In this document: positions 1 through 12,300 of the stretch, in pieces
How positions within the stretch are numbered: position 1 is the first letter of the stretch
Layout: each line of letters begins with the position of its first letter
Source: Phoronis australis
Lineage: Eukaryota > Animalia > Phoronida
Assembly (NCBI GenBank): GCA_002633005.1
Contig: NMRA01000001.1
Span: 748,908-812,907 of the forward strand
Length of the DNA stretch: 64,000 nucleotides
Direction: 5' to 3'
The notes under the pieces: generated by a model
Seen by the model: only the letters and a program-made list of their open reading frames with translations
What the model was told of the DNA's origin: nothing
Databases searched by the model: none
Made by a program: the position numbers and the translations under genes

Positions 1-79
1 GCGCGTGCCGTTATGGAGTAGAACTACTCGATCTAAATTGATACAAATTAGGTTGTTTTTGGGTGGCATGCTCCTTTAA
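1..79. mobile_element. Terminus of a Kolobok-like DNA transposon extending left of the window
   Basis: Near-identical to 7442-7514 and ends in ctcct-TTAA. Confidence 0.55.
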
Positions 80-740
80 TACGCTCCGCAAAATTTTTGC
101 TGTACAAATTTTCTCGAATTTTCGAAATACATTTATGAATGGTTAAGTGCACATTTTCAAGAGCGCTTAAACGACCTATGCTGCAAAAACGGAGACCCTA
201 ACAACAATTGTCCTGGTCAGGGCCCTCAAATGGTAAACCATACACTGATACCGAGTTTTCAAAGTTCTCTTGAGTTTTCTCTCTGATCAGTATTCGAAGT
301 CTTTCCTTTTTGTCTTTCCCCATCCCCACACCTTTGTCGGTTGCCATGGTTTAACCCTGAGGCATGCAATTTTTTTGGGGTGGTACTCGCCCTCCCCCCG
401 CTTACTAAGGTCCTGATGCAAGGAGTCCATCGTTGGTTGGTCCAAGGTCAATGTTGTGTTTCAACACGCACTCGTTGTATAACTTGAGCATTAAATTAAA
501 GGTTTAAGAAATACAGGAGCAGTTTTGCACATTTAATTGTGCGTGTAAAAGGTTTTATGGATTCGTACCGAATTTGTTGCTGCAACTTGTCTCATGGGGG
601 TTTGCCCCCCTCCCGCCTAGGATTTTTTTTTGTTTTTTCCTCTAAAAATCAAGCATTTTCCTTGATTCCTGAAGTATTATCCAAGAAATAAATGGCAAAG
701 GAAAAAACGGGGAACGTGTCAAACATGAAAAACTGCAATT

Positions 741-803
741 ACCATAGACTCGAACCCACGACCTGACAGATAGAGCGCGCGTGCTTTACCATTGCACCAC
801 CAT
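741..803 (-). mobile_element. tRNA-derived SINE head / tRNA-like remnant
   Basis: Minus strand reads tggtgcaatggtaaagc...gtgggttcgagtc, i.e. Pol III A and B boxes at tRNA spacing; no intact acceptor stem. Confidence 0.5.
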
Positions 804-2332
804 GATTTCACTCAAAATTTGATAAGAAACCTACTTGTTTATGGTCCACAGCGTTTGCGCGCGAAACCTACTTCTTTTTGTAAACAGTAATGCTTATTAC
901 ACTTTTTATATTTTGTGCAATCAGTTCGTAACAAATTTGTTGCATTTAAAATAGTCTTCAATTGCCCAAAAAACCAAATCCGTTTTTTTGTGTTGGCATT
1001 AATGACGCGATTGCTTTGGAAATCGTCTTAAGTTAAGGTTTGACAAAGAGAGAATTATGAGTTTCTGAGTCATTCACTAATTAAAGGCTTCCATTGAAAT
1101 TTACATCTTACCAGCAGTTTCTGTTTTTTCATNCCCCCCCCCCCCCCCTAAATCCGCCTATGAATATTCACTAACCTTTTCACGTGGGAGTTGCAGCCGG
1201 CAGCACAGCAGTAATACCTCGTTGACAATGGAAGGACGAATAGAGTAATGCAACCGAGAAAAACTAGCAAAGATTCAGAAAACAACAAATAACATGCGAA
1301 ACCGAGTGGCACGAAAACGAGACATACGTTTACGAATAGCGGGTATATACAGCGAGATTCGAGTTGTCGCTGTGTAATCCGGGACGGCCCTGTTATCACA
1401 GAATAACAACCAATAAAGATCTAAGAGACCCAACTCAACAGTCAACTCCTGATTTCAAAGCTTGTATTATGACACTTAGTCTGGTTAATTTGAACACAGA
1501 AGTTGGTATTATTTTACATACCCTGCAAAATTCCATACGTCGTTTTTGTCCTTTTTAGCAGACAATGAAATGCATATTTCTTTACAATAAGAGAGTAATT
1601 GTCAAAAACTGCACTTAAAAATAGATTTATGCAATCATAACATGAATATTATGGTGTTGCTCAGATACAAAAATTTTCAGATTATTCATGAAGTATACTT
1701 TTATCCCTGAATCTCGGCTTCAGTGGTCAGTCAATGTCAGGATGATCGCTGAAACTTTTGTAATTCTAATGGTAGTAGTCTTAAATGCGTGACCTTGTGA
1801 ATTACTGGTGATTTTCACCAACTCCTCATTCTGAAGTGTGCTTCAAAATCGAGTGTAAATTATGTTGTCCTACGAAAGATCGATTTATTGCGCGATCATG
1901 CCGAGTATCATAGATTGTGCCAAAGCAGCAAGCATTTCACAAACTAATGCAGAACTTTCAAAAAACGTTGGTTCTAATAGGCCTTACTCTCCTCTGCACT
2001 TAACACATGGGAAATGCACACAAATTGGTGTTGTTTACTTTAATAAATTATGTACACATACTGATCACAAGAATTTCGAGTTGGAGAAGGTAGTCTAAGG
2101 TATCCTTGTACGAATTGAGTCAGTTTCATGAATCATTTTACATAGAAGAAGATACTTTTTCGCCAACCAGAAAAAAACAGTTCAAATTTTTTTCAAGAAG
2201 CACAAGAAAAATGCAAAGGACTAACAACTTCTGCCTATCAACTTTCCAAATTTGGAATCATCAGCTGCTTCAGGTGATATGTCAAAGCACATTGTTCACA
2301 GAAACATCGCATCCCATTTGAGCATGCAGTGT

Positions 2333-3320
2333 GGGAGCGGAGCATTGCGTCCCGGGTTCTATGCAACAGGGGTCATTTGTGTCCCGGATTGTCTGTTTTC
2401 CAGGTTTTAAGTGTCTATGTGCCACGAGTTCAATGTGTCCCGCGTTCTATGCATCTCGGGTTCTATGTGTCCCATTTTATGGGTTTTGTGTTCTTTGTGT
2501 CCCGGGATGTACATGTATGTGTACCGATCTTTTGCATTATAGTCGAGGCGCTAAGTGGACGAGTGTGCAAGTTTTATCTACAATCGCCCAGTTATGTCCA
2601 CATGACAATTTTGAGGTGCTTTTTCCATCCTGATATAGGGCAAAACATTTGACAACATTAATTAACCCTGATTTGCATGCATAACTTGGTCAAAATTTGG
2701 CCTAATAGCATAAATTACATGCAGGCATATCTCTGAAACCACTTACCAGTAACAGAATCTCTGAAACTTTGGGTCAATCCATCGGGCACCCAATTAGTTT
2801 TTGACACTTACGAGGTCATTCAAGGTCCAGATCACGTGATGCTATCTTTAACCAAAAACATACATAACATTCAAACTACAAGTAGTATCCGCAGGTTTTA
2901 TAAGAAATTACCATACCTGGTGCGAATGACCATTTTGAGTTAACCTTTCAAATCTGATAAAAGGCAAAACTCGACCTCATTAACTCTAATTTGCATGTAT
3001 AATTAGCTCATAATTAGCATAATTTACTTATGAGCATATCTCTCAAACCATTTGGAGGTATCGGAAGATCAGACGCTCAATTCTTACCGCAATGTTCACC
3101 TGGACTCAGTTCATTTTTGACACTTTAAAGGTCATTCTAGATCACAGTCAGGTCGCAATTTCCCGAAAACTGCTAATTTTACCCAATAAACTACCACACC
3201 AGGACACACAGAACCCGGGACACATAGATCCCCTTTAGATGCACAGGAAGCTGGATACATAGAGCCCGGGACACATAGAAAACGGGACACATAGAACCCG
3301 GAGCACATCAGGATGACCCC
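2333..3320. mobile_element. Non-autonomous DNA transposon inserted in the RNASEH2C copy 1 3' region
   Basis: Flanked by the 8-bp direct repeat TGCAGTGT (2325-2332, 3321-3328), which occurs once at the paralogous site (~22425). Inverted subterminal ~18-bp arrays (ccgggttctatgtgtccc / gggacacatagaacccgg) and GGGGTCAT...ATGACCCC. Confidence 0.7.
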
Positions 3321-3391
3321 TGCAGTGTCGTGCACCTAAACTTTGTCGATCTGGCGAAGTATTTCCCGTTTCTGCAGTAATTCGGATGCCA

Positions 3392-6300
3392 TTACTTGTC
3401 GACGACACTTTGCTGACTATTGTCTAAGTCTTCAACAGGTGAATGAATCTGAAAAAGCAGACGGCAATTCAGTGACACGCATTATATATGCAGAATTAAA
3501 TAATACATTCAATTTATTATATAAGTGCTCAATATGTGTAACAAACATTATAATCAGTTAGATTTGGACGATACAGCCTTGTGTTCCCATATATTCAGGG
3601 GATGTAGACACCAAGCTTGGGACTGGGAGACTCTTTTGACACCAATATGGATCAAACTGAACTGTACATTAATTAACATTGGATAGAAACGTTGGAGGTT
3701 GACTTTCCCATAAAACTGGTGCTCCTGACGCAAATAGTTGATGTGGGATTTTGGACAACAATAATGTACCCAATGGAAGGCCAACTGATTCAGAACATTT
3801 GCTGGTTAAATCTCAGGAGACTGAAAGTGTAGGAAATACCAGTTGGGGTTACAGTCACAGTGGTTGACCTCTTTCAGCCAGAACTTTCCCTTCCTAAGAA
3901 TTATATTTGGAGACCTTTTACATCCAACAAGCCAAGGCCATTTTCAATCCTCTGGTTGATATCCCGACAAATGCTACAATAAAATGTCACTAATACAGAA
4001 CACAACATGATGGACAAGTAAAATTTGATGTTTCCATGAAAGATGTGTAGCAATAAAGTAATGATTGTACATATTCAAGGTCTGTACCATAGCTACCTCC
4101 AGACATATTTTGAAAAATTCTGGACATTCACAACAATGTTAGAAGCCTTTGAAAATTAAAAAGGGCTACTGTGGTAATTATTTTATCTGAAATTGATGAG
4201 ATTTTGCTGTAGGTCTGTGTTTATTCAGCCCCAGTCTTCAAAATTTGTTTTTGTTAAGAAACAACTGAAGGTCTATCTGGAGAATTCTTGTAACCGACGT
4301 CCCCTATACGCTGTTTTGTGAGGGTGATTGATATTTTCTCAGGGACTCCTCAAGCCATTTCAGAAACGAGTTCTGGCTGAAAGATATCGCTATGACCAAC
4401 TTTTATTGGTCTCCTAAAACTTGGACACCAATAGTTCAATCCTCTCCCCAGCTCAATCAGGTCCACTGTTCCAGCTAAAATCTCGCCTGTATTGTCTGTG
4501 GCTCAGCACAGATTTTATTTAAATAAAAGTAGGCTGCAACAACTTGCAGTCACTACTGCTTAGGGTACTGTTCAATCACACCCATTTTGTTTTCAAAAGT
4601 ATCTCCCAGGCCTTCTGTCTACATCAGCTGGAAAATATGTGAATCCCACATTTGGAATGAACTATGGTTTTTGGCACACCTCGTATAATTTGCACATATT
4701 CAAGGAGCTATGGTATTTGGTGCACCCCATACAATATGCACATTTTCAATGAACTCTCTGAAGTTTTTGCTCACTGAAAGATTCAAAGCTGAGCCCACCA
4801 CCTTTATGCAAACTAAGATGACATTACATTTGGAAGTGTACATAAGGTAAGAATTTTATGCCCTTCTTCCAAAAGAAACCCGTGCATAAATATCTAAACA
4901 GCAACAGCTGATAAACCTTACAAGGGCAGTACGACTACAGCAAGTTGTTTGAAGCACATACGTCTGGGAGGCTATCATACAAAAAGTTAATTTACCGTAG
5001 AAAGCCACAGTATCAGTTCATAGGTTAGCAAATCTTTATTGTGTGAAAGATTCCTGAGGAGTGCAATTACCAGTTAAAAGTTTTAAACTTTTTTTAAAAC
5101 TTCAATACTACATTTAGCGTCGGGCTACGCCAAAAGGGACAGAGTCCACAACTTGTTAACAATGATAACAAAAGGATGTCACTACTCGTAGAAACGTAGA
5201 AACACAGCACGAGCAGGTCTCAACCTCAGATTTTGTTGTGTGAACTGCTCATACAAATAATGTGTACTGATTATCTGCTTTTCTCGTAGGTAGGAAGTGA
5301 GCTTGTACAGAACATTGGACCAGAGGGGGGATTGGCTGTTACCAGGCACATGACATGCTCTCATTAACTTTCAGTTCGACTGATCAAAGAGCAAGTTTGA
5401 ATGCTCCAGTGGACAGTACCTCAGTTCACTAGTTCCTCAATGAAGAGACAGATGGGCAAACACGCAATCTTGGCAATGAGGGTTTTTCAATTTCAGAAAA
5501 TGTTACCTAACAGAAGCAATCTAAATACCCCAACATCAAATGAGGGGATTAATATCTAGATATTAAAATAACTTGACATCACATAAGGGTATTAATATCT
5601 AGATAATAAAATACCCCCCCCCCCATCACAGGAGGGAATTAAGGTACTAAAATATCTTGGCAACACATAAAGGGGTTAATATCTAGACACTATAAAAATA
5701 CTCTGGCATCACACAAGGAGATTAATGTCTTGATATTAAAATACCCCCAGATCACATAAGCGGATTAATACCTTGATACTAAAACATGCCGCATCACATA
5801 AGGGTATTAATATCTAAATACTAAAATATCCCAGCATCACATAAGGGTAATACTAAAATATCCCCGCATCACATATTAAGTGAATCAATACCTACATACT
5901 AACATACCTCACATAACATACCAGATTTAATTAGTCTTTTTTACCGTCTTAATCGGTCTATATCCACATCACCTCTTATACGGTCGACCTCACCTTGCCG
6001 AGAGGTGTCACATTAACCTGTGCGGAAGATGAGAAACGACGCAGCGACGTCAGTGGTTCGTCTTCAGAGCGAATGCCGCTATATTGCGGTGCATCGTTCC
6101 CGCTTATCCGAACTATGAAGCTGCGAAGAAAGCGGGTATATCGTTTTTTCGACTTCCTCGAGAGCCCGAATTGCTTCGGAAGTGGCTCGCGGTGGTGATG
6201 AATGAAAGGTACGCTATGAGGCCGTGAAACATCTCCGTGTCTGTGGCCGGCATTTCGTCGACAGTGATTTCTCTGACAAATTCCGGCTCACCTAAGAACT

Positions 6301-9300
6301 ATCCATACGTTCCGTTGCCTGTGCATGATCACGGCGCCTCTCTAGTATTTATTGAATAGTGTATTCTGGTTCTAACTGATAGCCTGTGAAACCTAACGAC
6401 CCAACCTGTGAAGTCTTCGTCCGATGAGCTCTTGACTATGACTAAGTCGGGATTAGAGCCGGGCGAGTTGCCATGTAGACGTTTATTATTCTGCGTACTG
6501 TTTCAAAATGAATTATTCTCATCCTAACCAATGCTTATATGAAACTGAAACAAAGCCCGTCTCATTAGATACAATTTGTAAGCCCTTGGAGTGCTCGTGA
6601 GTGCAAATGTTTTCAGAAGCCAGCAATAAATAAACCACTGCGTTACCGGCTTCTGATGCCGGCAACAAATGTAATTCACTGGGCACCGAGGCCGTGTGAG
6701 CGCATGCTAATTCAGTGTTTGCTGACAGAAAGCTGTTGTGAAACAATTCCTCAATTTTATATGCTACGGTCACATATTAGGGGAATTTTTATTTAGAAAT
6801 ACAAATATATTATTTAAATCATTGCTACTGTACAACCTTGGCCCTGACGGTCTGTGGAAGGGTAACCCGACTTCGCAGCCCCCAACAAGTAAGTAAATTT
6901 TCAGTTTCGTGGCTAATTCACATACATAATTACGTGCACATTATTTCTTTGGCTCACTATTATAGTCTTTACATGACTGGAGGTTTAGTTTCCAACTCAA
7001 GCAGGTTTATATTCGTGCCAGTCCCAGCGGCTGCGACGGACCTGATCGGGTTCCGAGTCACTGGCCGGGATAACAAGCGTTTTGTGTGTTTAGAATACAG
7101 ATCTAGGCTCTCCTGTCTGTATTTCACGGAAGAATACTTCCAAATTATCTCCGAACAGACCCCAAACTCCTACTACGGACCTTGGTAAATTGGCATGCGA
7201 ACTTTGTAGGTTACGGTATGTCCAAATACCAGTAAAACCGTAACAGCAAAATAAAACAACTCGGTGTATTTTTAAGGGTTACGTATCGTATTGGTGTTAA
7301 AACGATGAATTCAAGTGATAAGCTGACACCACTAACCCGTGTTGTGAACTGCTGAACAGACTGCGCGTGAAACCAATTACCTCATTGGATAATTTCAACA
7401 CCTCCGTCTGCCGTCAGGTGTCAGGTAACGCAACCGAACTTGCCGTTATCGAGTAGAACTATTCGATCTAAATTGATACAAAATAGTTGCTTTTTGGGTG
7501 GCATTCTCCTTTAAGGTTATTTCAAACCTTATTTAGTGGCCTCTGTTCTAACTCGTATATCAAAAAAACTAAGCTTTGTCAACTAGTAAAAGTATATATT
7601 TTCTGAAAGAACAAAGACCAGGAAATATAAATATACTTTTTGTATTTATTTGTCATTATTATTTTTACGTAAAAACCTTTTTTAAGTAAAAATTCCATTT
7701 TTAAGAAAGGTACATTCATAGCAAAATAACCCCTCGGTCGATTTTAACGAAACCTTTTTTAAATGAAAACTTCATCAATTACCTCAAAAACGCTGTTAGG
7801 AATTTTCGATTAGTTTGTTTGTTTGGTTTCTATGACAAATAAACTCGCAAAACGTAAGGTATTTTTGTAAAAAATTGAAGTCGTATTCGTTTTTGCCACA
7901 TTACACAAAAACTAAGCTTTTATATCAAAAATCCTAACAGCGTTTTTGAGATTGGTGACTAAATATTAAGTCTGGAAAGTTTCAGCGAAATCCATCGAGC
8001 CATTTTCGAGAACTCGTGTTCCTAAGTTCAAATAAAGTCGATTTGCCGAAGCCGAGAAAAAGCCGATTAAACTGGGACACGTGAAAATCTCTAAGTCTTT
8101 GGTAAATTATTCTGTGAAAACTTGTTTTCGGTATACATAACCTATAGAATCCTTAACTATGTCACCAATTTCAATGTTTTCTTGCAATGTTAACTAATTT
8201 TGCAGTGCGTAACTAACTTAAATATCATTAAAACCTCAAATAGACCTATCTTTCGCAGCCAACTTCTGCCATTTTGTACGACCTACTTTCTAAGTAGGTC
8301 ACAGTTCATAGCCTGTACACGTCACGTGCTGGGAGACTGATACCAAACCAAGTAAGAAATGGATAACAAAAATTGAATTGGTGGTTAAAGTAAGTCGTTA
8401 ACATGAAATCGAAACATCGAAATGTTAACTTAATAATTGAATTAAGGAATAAGGGGGAGGATTTATCTCTTTTTCACAACTTTCTGTGTTCATGACCAGA
8501 CTGAGGCCTGAGGCAACTCGTAGCATTCGTTTTCAACGTCAACGGTCGTATGCATGTAGACGCACAACTCCCTTAGGATCAAAACTACGTTTTGTCTTCG
8601 TTTTCCCTGGCACCATTCTATCATAACCACACCTCGTGGTTCAATGTTATGGCGAATTTGTGAATGAAAGGACTGAGGGTATACCGAAGCTGTTCTGTAC
8701 CTGGCGGGAGACTCTATTTACTTGAAAGCCCTTTAACCTTTGACCTTGGATAAGTGGTAAACAAATATCCACGCGGTTGTGCGGTTCCAAGGTGGTTCTG
8801 CTAAATCTTTTTTTCTCGCTACGCAGTATATATTTTGTATTTGAAGTTCCCAGAGAATGAAGATAAGGTATTTTGCTAGACACAGGTGAAATATTGTAAA
8901 AATGGCCAATTTTTGTGAATAAGGTTGGAAATATCCTTAAGGGGATTAATATCTAGATACCATAATACCCCCCTAGATACATCTTGTCAATACTCACAGC
9001 ATGTGCTATATCAACCCAGTCCATTGCCTGTTGGATTTTATCATTTTTACTAGGTGTGGTATCCAGATTCCAGCTGGTGAACTGCGTAAATTTGTGCGTA
9101 ACATTTAACTGTCGATCCTCATCTTCGTATGATTTCCCAGTCTCTCGCAAAACCACACCTGGAAGGTAGCATAATTTAGCGCGCAACAAAATCATTTGCT
9201 ATGAGGATGGATTCAATATTGAAGCATTATGAAGACAATCTGGAATCCATTTTAAGGTCAAATCTTACCAATTAATTAGATTTTGTGAATACTTTGTGAT

Positions 9301-12300
9301 AATATAGCAGTTTAAACAAAAATACAGTAAAACGAGTCACTCAATTACATCAAAATCTCCCATCTTTGATGGTAATATCTCAGCAACTTAGGATAGAATA
9401 TGGTAGACAAGTAATATCTTATTTTCTCACTAAATTCTATAAAAGATGTTTAGCGCAAAATTAACACTTTTTTCTGTGTTCAAGCTCTGTACCATAGCTA
9501 CTAATAAACAATATTTAGAAAAACTGTGCTTATTCACAATAATATTGGAAGTCCTTAAAAAGTGAAACACATATTTCTGGTAATTAATTTTGTCCGAAAT
9601 TGGTGAGATTTTACTGCACTAGAAATCACTTTGACATTTTCCATTCTGCTTTTGTGCAAATTCAAGATACGTGTCTATTATACTCTGCTTGAGTACATTA
9701 CGGTTTAGTTATGCAGTTCTAGTCCAAGCTCTCACTTGATGGCCTGTAGACTCGAGCTATAAACTTGAGTAAAAGCTCAAGATTCCAAGTACAATATGGT
9801 TTAAGAGGATGATTATCTAATCCTAGCTTGCACTTGATGACCGGAGCTTTAACGCCACAATTTTCGAGTCCGAACTCAAAATCTAAAGTTTGTACTTTGA
9901 ATCTAGAGGTCATCAAGACCAAACTTCGACTAAAAACTCTTCTCTGAAAACCAAAATGCATACAAACACAGAATAATAACACTTTTCTATCTAGAGTTCA
10001 CTTCACACTAAAGTGGAGTGCAAAATGTGAAAAACAATTTTGAGTACGGAGATTAAGACTCCGGCCCGTGATATTGCGGAAGAAACGAGTAAGCAGTATG
10101 AACACACTTCAAACTGCTGTAGAATGTACACTGTACTGTACAGTATACTATAGTATAGTTCCACAGTGCAACGTACTGTAGTGCAGTACTGTACTATATG
10201 GTACAGTCCATAGTACAACACTATACAGTAACACACTTCAAACTGCTGTGGCATGTACACTGTACTGTACAGTATACTATAGTATAGTCCCACAATGCAC
10301 CGTACTGTAGTGCAGTACTGTACTATATGGTACAGTCCATAGTACAACACTATACAGTAACACACTTCAAACTGCTGTGGAATGTACACTGTACTGTGCA
10401 GTATACTATAGTATAGTCCCACAGTGCACCGTACTGTAGTACAGTACTGTACAATATAGGACATTACTATAGCACAGTACTATGCAGTACCATACAGTAC
10501 AGAACAGTTAGATCAGCAAAGACTACGGAAATCTCCCATCCATTTTTCAAAGACAGACTTCATTTTCAAGTTGTGCAGAATTTTATTAATTTGTTCAGCA
10601 CAAATTGCTTATAATGGGATCCATTTTCTTTCAGCAATAATTCATGTCAGAAATTTTGAAGAAAAATTTACTATCATGTGTCCGCCAAATTGTGTGGAGA
10701 ACTGAGGAGAATCGGAACACCAGCCATGAATCTGACTCTCTGATTGGAGTCAGACCTGACGTCCTGGATAAACTGAAGAGTATTTACAATTGTTAGACAT
10801 TGAGAGTTAACATTTGATTGAAACGATAGCGATACAAAGCTCAACAGGGTCAGGTAAGTGAAAATTGTCTCACTAGTTCATATCAGATAGGTAGATTGTT
10901 ACCAATATTGGATCAAATAATTACGAAAATTCATCTTTTTCAAATTTCAAAGGCTTTCAAGGCTCTCAATGGTAGCAGAATACAAAAATGATCAAGCAAT
11001 TTTGAGTTATTAAGTGATTTATGAAAAAAATGAAACACGGCAATTTGTTGAGAATTATTTAGGGCTGTTCCAGCAAAATCTGTATGGGAGAGGGGGAAGG
11101 CACTTTTATTTCGTACCCACCGCCCATATTTTTCAGTTATTTCTCCAACCCATGACCCATAATTTTTTAATTATTTTAATAGGTTAAAATATAAAATCCA
11201 ACACTTGCAAACAAATTGCCTCCAGGTTTACCTGTTAAGAACTTAGATGATTGACAGACAAGAACTAGTTGTCTTGTCCAATATTGTCGAAAACTAAAGT
11301 AGCCTGTGAGCAATACTTTTGGCAGCCACCAATTTCAATGAACATTTTTTCAATTATAAGGATCTATGAATCTCAAAGTTTCTCCACGAACTCTTTTAAA
11401 CTTCTATGTCAAGTGAATATTGGAACTTGTTTATCTTACTCCTCATACTTTTGATTTAAAAATCATCAATTTTCTTATATGTGTTAACACCAGTTTAGTG
11501 TTGCATAACTTTTCAATTCAATAGGACTGCAGACAAACAGTTGGCTCAAATCAAGTTGCCCATGACTTGTTTAATGGCTTTGTGAACATGTTGCACTCTG
11601 TTCACTGGCAATATGGGCTGAAGTAACCAACCTGTCAACATTAACAGGTCGAAAAATACCACCCATTTTTAATGCATCACTTCTTACAGGAACGACCACC
11701 CATAATTTGAGTTTTTTTCTGGAAACCACTACCCATGAATTTTTATTTCTACTGCCGTCCCCCCCCCTCCCACACGGATTTTACTGGAACAGCACTTACT
11801 AAAATTTTACAGTAGGCCGTAATACTTTTGTTAATATGAATAACCCAGTCGGCAACAACTACAAACAACCATAGGCCGCTGCAAAACAAGTGGGTAATTG
11901 CCGTGCAGTACAGAGCAGGTCTACAAACTTCAGTTATTTCAAACATAAGTATGTGAGAACTAGGGACAAAACAGGACAGAGACAGACAATTGCTTGAAAC
12001 ACACATGAGCTCACCTGAATATCCTCGAGGTAAAACAATCTGAGTGCCTTCCAATGGCCTGCCTCTAAATGATGCTGTTTGCACTAAAATGTAAAACGTA
12101 ATTGTGTTGCACACTCAATTGTAGATTATGTATTACATGGAAACAAATTATTTCATCAAGCGTTTTATCATCAGGGTACAATGTTTAGTGAAACATCAAT
12201 TCGCCAAGCACGACCAGGCAGAATTACAAGATCGCAAATCAAAGAAACCCTGAAATACTGTTTCCCACAGACGACACACAGTTGGCAAAAGTCGAAAATG

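Noticed and set aside
741-803. Functional tRNA gene
   Set aside because: A/B boxes are present but there is no convincing acceptor or anticodon stem; treated as SINE-like.
2329-2652. Overlapping ORFs with CVPG repeats
   Set aside because: Products of the 18-bp subterminal repeats of a non-autonomous transposon.
5520-5879. Regularly spaced repeats resembling a CRISPR array (also 10101-10500, 34387-34520)
   Set aside because: Head-to-tail degenerate minisatellites with no unique spacers, no cas genes and a eukaryotic context.
10003-10464. 153-aa ORF (and the 136-aa ORF at 24573-24983) with Tyr/Cys/Val repeats
   Set aside because: Translation of a 129-bp intronic tandem repeat; no splice or family support.
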